From positions 124,001 to 188,000 of the forward strand of contig NW_027590629.1 of NCBI RefSeq assembly GCF_964213995.1: a stretch of DNA of 64,000 bases. Reading direction: 5' to 3'. The notes beneath the pieces were generated by a model. That model did no database searches. It saw nothing but the letters and a program-made list of their open reading frames with translations, and was not told the DNA's origin. The translations under genes and the position numbers were made by a program. Positions 22,543 to 35,189 of this stretch are shown piece after piece (positions within the stretch are counted from its first letter, which is position 1; every line of letters begins with the position of its first letter). The DNA is from Mustelus asterias (lineage: Eukaryota).

Positions 22543-24278
22543 CTCGACTCCTGATATTTGTGCAGAACGGATCGCAGCTGCTGGAGCTCTTCACACTGAC
22601 TGTCGCATCGCTGTAGATCGAGGTGATTTATTGCATCACAGAATCCAGTGACATGAGGCAGGGCCGCACAGTCAATGTGGTCACAAACAATCCACTAAAT
22701 GAAAGTGTTTCCACAGATCCCACTGTGTTCCGAGTCAGTAGTTTATTCTGAGACTCAAACAGGTCGTGAAATGTGTTGAAGAGTTTCCTTTTCCCAGTTT
22801 CACTTCCCATGCTCCCAATCTGTGCTTCAACCTTCTCCTTCACCCAGTCAGTCACTCGGCAGGTTGTTTGATGAAGAAATGGACCCAGAAACTCCTTCAG
22901 CGGTCGAGCTGACTGTGGGGAGGAGAGACCAGCAACAAAACGGAGAAATATTTCAAATCACCCATTTTCCTCGCTGTGGGTTTCACTGAGGAGTTTCCTG
23001 ATCTCCCTGGGATCTGGAGTCAGGAATTGTGTGAGTGCAGCTACAAAGTCTTGGATGGTGTGGTGTGGGAATGTGTAAGCCACACTCTGGGCAGAATCAT
23101 CACTCCCCAAAAGTTCCATCAGGAACCCAGACAGGAACTGGGAAGGTTGTAGATTGTACTCAATCAAATCTTCATTTCTAAACACAATCTTCTTCTTGGA
23201 GATTCCTGTGAAGGCCATCCCACCAAGCTTCAGTAACACATCACGGGGGTTTTCAATCTCTCGGCCATGGTTTTTCAGAATGTTGTAAATATAGTAGGAA
23301 TATAGTTGGGTGATGGTCTTGGGAACTTGCTGCCGTTTCCTGTCTCTTTGTGTAAAGAAGGGACCCAGTGACAGACCGAGGATCCAGCAGCAGGAAGGGT
23401 TGTAGCACATGGTGTACAGGATCTCATCCTCCTCCACGTGTTTGGACGCAGCCACTGCCACCGTCTTATCTTCAAAAAACTTGTTGAAATAGTCTATGTT
23501 CTTCACCAAAAAATCCCAGGATTTCAGCCCAGACACTGATCTCAGCCTTTTCCAATAAATGTAATGCAGTGGGGCGACTGGTCACTCGCACTGAACATCC
23601 TGGGAGCAGCTTGTGCTGTATTAAACTGTACACAATGTCAGACACTTCACACCAGCAATCGGGGTCTGTGCACATGGACTGAGGTTCTGCATTTCTCCGA
23701 TTGTCAGCAAAATCAATCCTGTCCTTGAATTCATCCAAACCATCGAATATAAACAGCAATCCCTCTGGGTTCTTCCAGAGCTCTCCCAGAATATTCCCAA
23801 AGTAAAGGTAGAAAAACAGTATCAAATTCCTGATGCTTATTCTACAGTTAACAGTGTTCCAATCCCAGAATTTAAAACTGAAAGCAAATTGAAAGTGTGG
23901 GTATATTTTCCCAGTGGCCCAGTCATAAACAACCTTTTGTACCATTGTTGTTTTTCCAATTCCCGGGACTCCACTCACTGTTGCTGAATTCCCAGAACTG
24001 GATTTTCTCTGGGAAAAGCTGCTCTGGAGCAATTGATCAGTTCGGATTTTTTCCAGTTCTCTCCGGAGATGTTTCTCTCTCCATTCTTCATGGTCTCAGC
24101 CTCATGTCAGCAGTTCACGTCCCACAAGTGTCCAATCTCGAACAGTAGTAATAACCGTTAGCTCAGCGTATCAATCAACCAGCTGGAAAATCTTAACCTT
24201 CTCCTTTATTAGGACAGTGTTCATTCTTAGTGTTTCAGTTTGTACCCGGAGTGTCTCCTTGTGTTTCTGTTAAGACAT
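22543..24278 (-). pseudogene. NLR NACHT exon (multiple frameshifts and stops)
   Basis: Acceptor ttctaattgaAG/ATGTC and donor GAG/GTAACT. Contains Walker A GVPGIGKTT, Walker B LLFIFDGLDE, VTSRP, CYNPSCCWI, YTFPHHTIQDFVAA and FLRFVAGL. Split across ORFs 23472-24032, 22958-23536 and 22628-22855. Confidence 0.95.
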
Positions 24279-24394
24279 CTTCAATTAGAACAGAGAGAAA
24301 ATTTTAGTTGCATTAAGACACTGTCTTTGCTGATTTGAGAGATTTATTTTGCAGTATCAGTCAAGGTTGAGCAGGAAATAAAATTGAGTGATTG

Positions 24395-25320
24395 GAAATC
24401 TTGTTTGACAATGCGGATATCGAAGAGGATGGTCAGAGGATACAGCAAGGTATAGATTGTCAGAGGATACAGCAAGATACATTGGCGGAGAAATGGCAAA
24501 TGGAGTTTAATCTGGACAAATGTGAGAGAATGCAATTTGGAAGGTCCAATGCATGTAGGAATTATACAGTAAATGGTAGAACGCTTAAGAATATTGACAG
24601 GCAGAGAGATATGGGTGTACATGTCCACCAATCACTGAAAATGGCAAAGCGGGTGGATAAGGTAGTCAAGAAAGCATATGGCATGCTTGCCTTCATCGGT
24701 CAGGGCACTGAGTATAAAAATTGGCAGGTCATGCTGCAGCTGTACTGAAACTTAGTTGGGCCTCACTTAGAATATTGTGTACAATTCTGGTCGCCACTCT
24801 ACCAGAGGGAAGTGGGTGCTTTGGAGAGGGTACAGAAGAGGTTTACCAGGGTGTTGCCTGGTGAGGAGGGTATTAGCTATGAGGAGGGGTTGGATAAACT
24901 CGGTTTGCTCTCTCTGGAACAACAGAGGTTGAGAGGCGACCTGATCGAGGTTTACAAGATTATGAGTGGTATGGACAGAGTGGGTAGTCAGATGCTCTTG
25001 CCGAGGGTGGAAAAGTCAAGTACGAGGGGACATAGGTTTAAGATGCGTGGGGAAAAGTTTAGAGAAGATGTGCGAGGCAAGTTTATTTTACACAGAGGGT
25101 GGTGAATGTCTGGAACGTGCTGCCTGGGGTGGTGGTGGGAGCAGGTACAATAGCGGCATTTAAGGGGCAACTAGACGAATATACGAATAGGATGGGATTG
25201 GAAGGATACAGACTCCCTAAGTACATACGGTTTTAGTTTATGCAGACATCATGATCGACGCAGGCCTGGAGGGCCGAAGGGCCTGTTCCTGCGCTGTACT
25301 TATTTTTGTTCCTTGTTTTT
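24395..25320 (+). mobile_element. CR1 LINE 3' fragment, disrupted
   Basis: ORFs 24392-24748 (WQMEFNLDKCE) and 24812-25105 (LERVQKRFTR, RLRGDLIEVYK), followed by a GGCCGAAGGGCCTGTT 3' UTR. Confidence 0.9.
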
Positions 25321-25324
25321 TGAA

Positions 25325-26030
25325 CGGACAGAGATATTTCCAAGTCAGGGTGGTGAGTGACTTGGAGGAAAACAGACGTTCCCCTGTGACTGCTGCTCTG
25401 GATCTTCTGGATGGCAGCAGTCATGAGTTTGGAAAGAGCTGTCTCAGCAGCCTCACTGTGTTCGGCAGCGCATCTTGTAGATGGTACACACTGCTGTCAT
25501 TTTTCCTCATTGGTGGAGGGGATAATTTTTGTGGGCAGGTCTTAATCAAGCAGTCTACTTTAAACCGGTATGTGAGGAATTCCATGCGTGTCATTGGAGC
25601 TGCACTTACCCAGGTGAGGGCAGAAAATTCCATCACACTTCTGACTTGTACATGGCGAAAAGTTTTTGGGGAGTAAGAGATGACTTACACGCCTTAGAAT
25701 TCTTATCAGTTGACCTGTTGTTGTAGTCACATGATTTATATGTCTCGTCCAGTTCAGTTTCTGGTCAATGGTAATCCTCAGGATGTTGATAGTTGGGGAT
25801 ATAGCAAACAGTAATGCCATCGACTATCAAGGGGCGATGGTTGAATCCACTCTTGTTGGAGATAGTTATTGCCTGGGACATGTGTGATGCGAGCATTACG
25901 TGCAACCTTCAGATCAAACCTAGATTTTCCAGAATTTGCTGCATTTGGACATGAATTGCTTCAATATCTGAGGAGTTGTGAATATTACAGAACATTGTAC
26001 AGTCATCAGTAAAATCTCCGCTTCTGAACA
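25325..26030 (-). mobile_element. Old CR1/L2-group LINE 3' relic
   Basis: INILRITIDQKLNWTRHIN motif (ORF 25560-25820). Same family as 28340-31150. Confidence 0.75.
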
Positions 26031-26676
26031 CTGAGCCCTGGTGGTCTGGGCTCGGCTTGATTGTCCATCTGGGATTTTGTTGCTCACGAATTTGATATGT
26101 TTATGATGGGAATGATTTGTCAGGTGCAGCGAACCCTTTACATCTGGCTCAAGGCCCTACTCTTTACTGTGAGCCCAGAACATCCAGGCACACAGGAGCT
26201 CTGTCCTGAGATTCACACGGTACCGGGAATCTGCAAGGTGTGCATAAGACTTCAGAAGTAATAGCAATTAACAGCTGGATTCAGTGAAAAGATGAAATGG
26301 CCACATTTTGAAAAAAAAGACAAATCATATGTATTGTAATTAGAAGCTCTGTATAATTGTGGATCAAGGACAAAACCGAATCATGCTCTACCCAATTTCC
26401 AGTCTTTAATTTTCAGTATCCCAGATTTTCACAATCTCTGAAACAAAGGCTCCAATCAGTCATTCAGATTCTCAGAAATGAAATAGTTTATAATCTCCAT
26501 TTCCTCCCTTATTTTCCAGGTGACTGGGTAATTCAGATAAACCATGTGCAATGTTCATATAATCAAACGAATCAGCTCCTGTTTAAATAAATGAACTTTC
26601 ATGAAATCAGCTCTGTGTAATATTACAGTAATATCGGCACTGTTTAAATGGGAAATTGAATTCACTGTGATTTTAC

Positions 26677-26853
26677 CGGACCAAGCTCCTGTATGTCTTT
26701 CAGTATCTTATCCAGCTTTGGGACTCTGTAACCCATTTTCACAAAGGATTCCCACATCACCCTTCGAGCCCGAGATCCTTTCCCCATCACCAGATTGAGG
26801 AGAAGTTTGGAACTGTCCGCCCGGTTTCCCTTCTCCACGAGCTCAGTGACTTT
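26677..26853 (-). pseudogene. NLR exon: second half of the death-fold/CARD-like domain
   Basis: Bounded by ttgttctttacAG and CCG/GTAAAA. Open 177 nt reading KVTELVEKGNRADSSKLLLNLVMGKGSRARRVMWESFVKMGYRVPKLDKILKDIQELGP. Confidence 0.82.
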
Positions 26854-28339
26854 CTGTAAAGAACAATAATGAATATATTGAAGAGCGGAGTGAATGACAA
26901 ACACTGAGAAAGGGAGAGAAAACACCAGCTCAGTGATGGGATTTCCAGTTGTTTCAGCTGAGAACTCAGTCACGGGTCCTGATCCATAATGAACACGGAC
27001 TGAAAATTCTCTTCACATCTCATTCCAGTCATTAACGGTAAACAAATATGGATAAACTAAGCTCGAAATCAAAAATATATTTCCAGGGCGTGAGGTCTGA
27101 CTGAGAATCCAGAGTATTTCAATCTGATGAGTTCAGTGTCCAGCATGACATCAGGTTCCTGACTGACAATATTATTCACTTTTTTCTCACACGTCATTCC
27201 TGCTGCCTCACTTTGTGATTCAGTCAGAAATCCTGAGGAGATCAGGTAAATTCCTTTCTCTCTGAGATGGTGGTGAGTCTTTGGAACTCTCTTTCTGAAA
27301 GGGTGGTGGAAGCAGAGTCTTTGAATATTTCTAAGACAGAGGTAGATGGAGTCCAGGTAAGCAAGGGGGTGACAGGGTATCGGGGACAGGCGGAATGCAG
27401 ATTTTAGGTTACCATCAAATTAGCCATGATGTTATTAAATAGCGGGGCAGTCTTGAGGGGCTGAACAGCCTACTCCTGCTCCTCGTGTGTCTGTAAATAA
27501 GACAGTGGTGAATCAGAACTCAGGTGGTAAGGACAGGATTATTTTGCCCATTAAGCTTTATAAATAGAAAAATGGGAATTTTAAAATGAAAATTGTCTGA
27601 CAAATTAACATTTACTAGGCCCAATACCGAATGTTGATCGTGTCAGCAGAACAAGCCAATAATAAGCCAATAATAATAACACAGTAATAATGACAGTACA
27701 GTAGTAATAATAATAGTACAGGCCCTTCAGCGCAACATCAAGGGCCGAAGGGCCTGTACTGCGCTGTAATATTCTATGTTCTATAATGGTGAAAAATGTA
27801 ATCACTTAATCATTTCCACTGAAAAACTCAAATGCCAGAAACAGAACTCTACTTTTTCCAAATTATTACCAGTATGAAAGTTCGCTAAGGAGAATTGGGG
27901 AGTTAGATAGTTTTCGACAGATAACAACATTCAGCTACAAGTAGGCGCAGTGGGGTGGGCGGTGGGCTTTCAAGACAGGAAGGTCAGTCAGTAATCGTGC
28001 TACTGAGACATTCTTGACTGGAGAAATTAAGCACCCTGGCCCCAAGTAAATTCCCTGCCTGATCTTTTTTCCAATTAAGTTGGAGGAATCCATTTTCATC
28101 AACTGAAGGAGGACAGTAAACAGGTTTTGTCTTTTACGTTTGATCTGATACCAGATTTCATTGGGTTCAGAGTTAATATTGAGGATTCTCCATGTTCACA
28201 CAATACCACTGGGCTGTCATCCCTGATAGATCCATCTGGTGGGAATGTACATATCCAGGAATAGTGATGGAGGAGGTTGGAACGTTGTTTGATGCTGAGA
28301 GACACAGGATCATATTGATGTCAGGCTGTCGGTTTTTTT

Positions 28340-31150
28340 TATTCATCCGTGGGGCCTGGGCGTCACTGGCTGGCCACCATTTATTGCCCATTCCTAGTTG
28401 CCCTTGAGAAGATGGTGGTGAGCTGCCTTGTTGAAATGTTGCAGTCCACGTGCTGTAGGTTGATTCACAATGACGTTAGGGAGGAAATTCCAGGATTTTG
28501 ACCCAGCGACTGCAAAGGAACAGCGACATATTTCCAAGTCAGGACTGTGAGTGGCTTGGAGGGAAACTTGCAGGTGGTGGTCTTCCTATGTACCTACGGC
28601 CCTTGTTGTTCTAGATGGAAGTGGTCGTGCATTTGGAAGGTGCGGTCTCAGGATCTTTGGTGAATTGCTGCAGTGCATCTTGTAAATAGTACACACTGCT
28701 GCTACTTAGCGTCGGTGGTGGAGGGATTGAATGTTTGTAGATGTGGTGCCAATCAAGCGGGCGGCTTTGTCCTGGATGGTGTCAAGCTTCTTGAGTGTTG
28801 TTGGAGCTGCATCCATCCAGGCAAGTGGGGAGCATTCCATCACACTCCTGACTTGTGCCTTGTAGTTGGTGGATGGCTTTGAGGAGTCAGGAGGTGAGTT
28901 ACTCACCGCAGTATTCCGAGCTGTGTTTATGTGGTGAGTCCAGTTGAGTTTCTGGTCAATGGTAACCCCAAGGATGTTAACAGTGGTGGATTCAGTGATG
29001 TTTACACCATTGAATGTCAAGGGGCAGTGGTTAGAGTGTCTCTTATTGGTGATGGTCATTGCCTGGCATTGGTGTGGTGTGAATGTTACTTGGCACTTGT
29101 CAGTCTAAGCCTGGATATTGTCCAGATCTTACTGCATTTGAACATGGATTCCTTCAGTATCTGAGGAGTCACGAATGGTGCTGAACATTGTGCAATCATC
29201 GGCGAACATCCCCACTTCTGACCTTGTGACAGAGGGAAGGTCATTGATGAAGCAGCTGAAGATTGTTGGGTCTGGGACACTACTCTGAGGGACTCCTGCA
29301 GAGATGTCCTGGAGCTGGCATGGCTGACCCTCCATAACCACAACCATCTTCCTATGTTCAGGTATGACTCCAACCAGAGGAGTGTTTTCCCCGATACCCA
29401 TTGATTGCAGGTTTACTAAGGCTCATTGATGCCATACTCGATCGAATGCAGCCTTGATGTCAAGGGTTGTCACTCACACCTCACGTCTGGAATTCAGCTC
29501 TTTCTTCTGTGTTTGAATCAAGGCTGTAATAAGGCCAGGAGCTGACCTGAGCGTCACTGAGTAGGTTATTGCTGAGCAGGTACTGCTTGATAGCACTGGT
29601 GATGACCCCTTCCATCACTTTACTGATAATCAAGAGTAGACTGGATGATAATTCGCTGGGTTAGATTTGTCCTGCTTTTTGTATACAGCACATACCTGGG
29701 CAATTTTCCACATTGTCAGGTAGATGCCAGTGCTGTAACTGTACTGGAAGAGTTTGGCTAAGGGAGCGGCAAGTTTTGGAGCAGAAATCTTCAGTACTAT
29801 TGCCGGAATGTTATCAGGGCCCATTGCCTTTGCAGTATCCAGTGCCTCCAACCTTTTCTTGATATCACGTGGAGTGAGTCGAATTGGCTGGGGACTGGCA
29901 TCTGAGATGCTGGGGACCATTGAGGAGGCTGAGATGGATCATCTACATGACACTTCTGGCTGAAGATTGCAGCGAATGCTTCAGCCTTATCCTGGGCTCT
30001 TGCATGATTGAGAATGGGGATATTTGTGGAGCCCCCTTCTCCAGTGAGTTGTCCAATTGTCCACCGCCCATTCTTGACTGGATGTGGAAGGACTGCAGAG
30101 CTTAGACCTGTTCCGTTGGTGGTGGGATCGCTTAGCTCTGTCGATCACTTGCTGTTTTTGCAATTTGTCATGCAAGTAGTTTGGTAGCTTCTCCAGGTTG
30201 ACACCTCATTTTTAGGTATGCCTGATGCTGCTTCTAGCATGCCCGCCTGCAGTCTCCATGATCCCCTGGCTTGATGGTCATGGTTGAGTGGGGAATGTGG
30301 TGGGCCATGGGGGTTACAGATTGTGCTGGAGTACAGTTCCACTGCTGCCGATGGCCAAAAGCTCCTCATGGATGCCCAGTCTTAAGTTGCTAGATTGTTT
30401 CAAAGTCTGTCCCATTTAGCATTGAGTTAGTGCCACACAACTTGATGGGGGTTATTCTTAATGTGAAGGTGGGACTTTGTCTCCACAAGGACTGTGCGTT
30501 GGTCACTCTTACTGATACTGTCATGGGCAGATCTGCAGCCAGCAGATTGGTAACGATGAGGTCAAGTATGTTTTTCCTCTTGTTGCTTCCTTCACAACCT
30601 GCTGCAGACCCAGTCTCGCAGTTCTATCCTTCAGGACCCGACCAGCTCAATCAGGAGTGCTGCTACCGAGCCACTATTGGTGGTGGAGAATGAAATCCTG
30701 CACCCAGAGTACATTTTGTGCTCTTGCCAACCTCAGTGCTTCATCCAAGTGTTGTTCAACATGGGGCAGTGCTGACTCATCAGCCGGAGGAGGATGATAC
30801 GTGGCAACCAGTAAGAGATTTCCTTGCCTGTGTTTAACCTGAAGCCATGAGACTTCCTAGGGTCCTGAGTCGATGTTAAGGACTCCCAGGGCAATTTCCT
30901 CCCGACTGTATACCACTGTGCCGCTCTGCTGGGTCTGTCCTGCAGGTGGGACAGGACATATCCAGGGATGGTCTGGGGTGTTATCTGTAAGGTCTGACTC
31001 TGTGAGAATGACTATGTCGGGCTATTGCTTGACTAATCTGTGAGACATCCCTCCCAATTTTGGCAGTAGCTCCAGATGCTAATAAGGACGACTTTGAAGG
31101 GTCGACAGGACTGTTTGTTTTGTTATCTTTTCCAGTGCCGAGCTCAATGC
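28340..31150 (-). mobile_element. Old CR1/L2-group LINE, most of ORF2 (APE to RT to tail), heavily degenerate
   Basis: Minus-strand fragments KAMGPDNIP...KKQDKSNPANYHP, GVPQSSV...FADDCT and NILGVTIDQKLNW. A GGGCAATAAATG tail lies at about 28340-28400. Confidence 0.85.
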
Positions 31151-31169
31151 CGGGTGGTCCATCCGGTTT

Positions 31170-31502
31170 CATTTCTTTGGAGCGATTGAGTGGCTTGCTA
31201 GGCCATTTCAGAGGGCAGTTGAGAGTCAACCACATTGCTGTTGCTCTGGAGTCCACAAATAGCCCAGACCGGGTAAGGATGGCAGATTTATTTGCTGAAA
31301 GGACATTAATGAACCAGGTGGGTTTTTCTGACAATCGACAATGATTTCATGGTCATCAGTAGACTCTCAATTCCAGATATTTTTGATCGAATTCAAATAT
31401 CACCAACTGCCGTGGCGGGATTCGAATCCAAGTCCCCCAGAACATTACCTGGGTTTCTGGATTAATAGTCCAGCGATAATACCACTAGGCCATCGCCTTC
31501 CC
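31170..31502 (-). mobile_element. tRNA-headed SacSINE1/Deu-SINE-like element
   Basis: The reverse-complement head reads GGCGATGGCCTAGTGGTATTATCGCTGGACTATTAATCCAG...GGATTCGAATCCCGCCACGGCAG. Confidence 0.72.
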
Positions 31503-31935
31503 TGGCTTGACTAGTCTGTGGGATGGGCTTTATAAGATTTGTTACAAATGTGAGTGAGGACCTTTTAGGGTCGACTGGGCATGTGACCAAATCCAGTGTA
31601 CGGTGGTCCACCCAGATTATCCTTATTGTAGTTGTTTTGCCTCTTTTTCAAGGCAATTTCAAAGGGGTATGAAGAGTTAGCCATGTTGTTGTACATCTGC
31701 AGCCACATACAGGCTGAGTCAGGATGGCAGGTTTCCTTCAATAAAGAGCTATCACTGCCACAGTGAGATCAAAGCTCTGCCCCGAAGGAATTGGTGGCTT
31801 TGGACCTTCAGTTCTCAAAGCTCCCCACCTCTGAGGCTTCCTTAACCTCATGCCTGGGACTAGTGTAGACTAATGACAGGCATTTTATTGGTCAATAACT
31901 TCATTTTCAGTGCAGCATATGACTCCTTGTATGCT

Positions 31936-33390
31936 CCTCCATAATTATCCTCAACACCGGTGCTCCACAAGGCATGTCCTCAGCCCCTTATTATACTCTT
32001 TATACACCGATGTGTGGCCATATTTCCCTCCAACTCAATTTTCAATTTTTCTAATGACACCGCTGCTGTGGGTTGGATCTAAAATAACGGTGAGACGTAG
32101 TGCAGGGAAGAGATAAAGTATCTGGTGAAATAGTGCAAAAATCATCTTTCCCTCAATGTCAACAAAACAAAGGAGATAGTCATCGACTTCAGGAAGCGTA
32201 GTGCAGGACATGCCCCTGTCTACATCAACGGTGAAGTAGAAATGGTCGAGAGCTTCATGTTTCTAGGTGTCCTAATAGCTCGCCAGCGTTGTTGCACCAA
32301 GTTGAACACCATTCCACAGACATACACCCTTCTTCAGACTTGACGTAACAACAAGTATGCTCATGTGATGCTGGACCTTCAGCTTTGTGACACCCATGGA
32401 CAGAATTCCAAACCAGCTGTTTGCAGAGAAGGATATATCCTCAAAACAGCCAAACTTCAGAGAGGTAAACTTAACCTCAGGTGACTTCCAATCTTCAGAT
32501 TCCAGAGAGGTAGAAACTGCAATGGCTCTCAGCTGCTTCTGAAAACAAAACTAAAAACTGAAATGCTCTGTGAAAATTAGCTGTCCCGAGCCACATGACC
32601 TGTCAATCACCCCCATTCAAGCCCCACTCAGCAATCCCAAGGGACCATTAGAACCATAGAACACTGCATTAGTTGAGGTTCAAATCAATATGACATCAAT
32701 TTTACTGCCTCAGTAACAATACAGCACACCGGTTACAGACAACACGGTGCTGACAAAACATTCTGCAGAGAAACATTTTTTAAATTCATTTCTGGGACAT
32801 GGTTGTCCAACAATCTTTCCTGGTCCCTCTATGCTGACGCTATAGCTAAGAAAACCCACTAATACCTCTACTTTCTCAAGAGGTTAAGGAAATTTGGCAT
32901 GTCCATTTTAACTCTCACAAATTTCTACCATAGAAAACATCCCTTCTGATTTAATCACAGCTTGGTATGGCTCCTGATCTGACTGACCAAGACCGCAGGA
33001 AACTACAAACGGTTCTGAACGTAGCCCAGTCCAACACGCAAACCAGCCTCCCATCCATTGACTCTCTCTACGCTTCCCGCTGCCTCAGAAAAGCAGCTAG
33101 CATAAGTAAGGATCCTATCGACCTCTGACATACTCTCTTCCACTTTCTTCCTTCGGGAAAAAGATACAAAAGTCTGAGATCACGTACCAACTGACCTTTG
33201 AATGGACCTACTCTATGTTAAACTGATCTTTCTCTACACCCTAGCTATGACTGTAACACTATATTCTGCATGCTCTCCTTTCCTTCTCTCCTATGTACTC
33301 TATGAACAGTATGTTTTTTTTCATAGTGTGTGAGCAACAATACTTTTCACTGTATCCCAATACACGTGACACTAATCATTCAAATCAAAG
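31936..33390 (+). mobile_element. Rex1/Babar-clade LINE 3' relic, interrupted by an LTR-like fragment
   Basis: LNTGAPQG.VLSPLLYSLYT, LNVNKTKEIVIDFRK and LYFLKRLRKFG motifs. Confidence 0.82.
32282..32630 (+). repeat. 349-bp direct repeat, copy A (LTR-like sequence)
   Basis: Nearly identical to 34637-34985. Confidence 0.92.
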
Positions 33391-33492
33391 ATGATGATCT
33401 CGACAGAACCTGCTATTTTACTATCATTTGTTAATAGGTCCTGAAAGTTTGGTAATGTTATAAATAATCTAAACTCATTTTCTTCCATTTAC

Positions 33493-33657
33493 CCGATGTT
33501 CTTGTCCATTGAAAATCCACTCATCTTTCAACAATGAGCTGACTCCACCCACCCCTTCTTCAATCGCCTGTGCGAGTCTGTCCCGGTAGAATTTTGTCAA
33601 TTGGAACAGTTTGTAATTATCGCACTGCCAGGAATTCAGGGATTGTGGAGTTTGAAT
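33493..33657 (-). pseudogene. NLR exon: first half of the death-fold/CARD-like domain
   Basis: Bounded by tttgtatttatAG and CGG/GTAAAT. Reads ...CDNYKLFQLTKFYRDRLAQAIEEGVGGVSSLLKDEWIFNGQEHR and ends in phase 0, which fits the 26853 exon. Confidence 0.8.
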
Positions 33658-34636
33658 CTATAAATACAAATGGAGAAAAATAAACACATTTCTGTCATTG
33701 AATTTCTATCCATGCCGGTCTGCCTTCTCTTCCAGGAAGCAACTGGAACCTCCTGTGAACCACATCATCAGATACCTTCTTGAAATCCAGAAACATTCAG
33801 TGAAAGCATATTTGACCATACTCCTTATAACCACCTTTATCCCAAATCCATTCACACCCATTGTTAACAAGAGGCTGTCAATTTCAAATATAAAATCAAC
33901 ATTTTCTTTCAAACACTCACGAGATGTCAGGTTTGTTGGCAAGGCCAGAATTTGTTGTGAATTCTTCATTGCTATTGGAAAGGGTGAGACACCGTCTTGA
34001 ACCGCTGCAATGTACCTGGTGCATGTACACTCACAGTGATATTGGGAAGGGAATGCCAGGACTTCTAACCAGTGACAGTGAATGAATGGAAATATAGTTC
34101 CAAGGAAGGATGGTGTGTGGATTGGAGTCTGAACATTGGAAGTCACCTGAGATTAAATTTACCTCTCTAAATTTTGGCAGTTTAGAGGATATATCCTTCT
34201 CTGCAAACAGCTGGCTTGGATTTCTGTCCATAGGTGTTACAAAGCTGAAAATACTGAAATTTGCAGTATTCTCATGTATCTGCTGTCCTTGCCCTTCCAG
34301 TGTGGCAGAAGGGGACTTGGAGAAATGCAGTACATCCGATAATCAATGCACATTGCTGCCACGATGCATCAATTGCAAAGGGATCAAGGTGGTGGATGTG
34401 TTACGGTCCAGGCCAAAGACTGCAAAGTGTTTTGTGAAGTTGTCCGAGACCCTACGTTTTACATTTGACTTTGATCATTGATGAGCATAAGGTGTTTCAC
34501 TTATGATTTAAGTGACCCACTCGGAAGCTCCAGCAAAGTTTGTTTAAGAACACAGTTAGAATGTAACAAAAATAATTAGCATAACTTTTACCAATTGCAA
34601 GATTTAAACACAACACATTGCAGCTCCTCACAGTGA

Positions 34637-34985
34637 GCCATCGTTGTTGCACCAAGTTGAACACCATTCCACAGGCATACACCCTTCTTCAGACTTGACG
34701 GAGCAACAAGTATGCTCACGTGATGCTGGATATTCAGCTTTGTGACACCCATGGACAGAATTCCAAACCAGCTGTTTGCAGAGAAGGATATATCCTCAAA
34801 ACAGTCAAACTTCAGAGAGGTAAACTTAACCTCAGGTGACTTCCAATCTTGAGATTCCAGAGAGGTAGAAACTGCAATGGCTCTCAGCTGCTTCTGAAAA
34901 CAAAACTAAAAACTGAAATGCTCTGTGAAAATTAGCTGTCCCGAGCCACATGACCTGTCAATCACCCCCATTCAAGCCCCACTCA
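34637..34985 (+). repeat. 349-bp direct repeat, copy B, inside an LTR-like segment starting TGTTACGG at about 34399
   Basis: Nearly identical to 32282-32630. An inverted partial copy lies at 34123-34249. Confidence 0.9.
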
Positions 34986-35189
34986 CTTTGTCACAAAAGA
35001 ATACAGAAAGGGGGATTGACACTGTTCAGTGCAGCAAAGAACAAGAATGCAAAAGAATGTTGCCTGCCCGGTGCCAGTCTGACGGCAAACAGTGGGTCTG
35101 AGACTTTTATTCTCAACTTAAATAAACAATAGCTGATAAAAGACAGTAAAAACAGATAGCATGAGTTTTATAATTATTTAAACAAGAAA

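Noticed and set aside
26170-26230. Possible small NLR linker exon between the CARD-like and NACHT exons
   Set aside because: AG/GT signals exist, but the reading frame has a stop and no recognisable similarity, so I did not call it.
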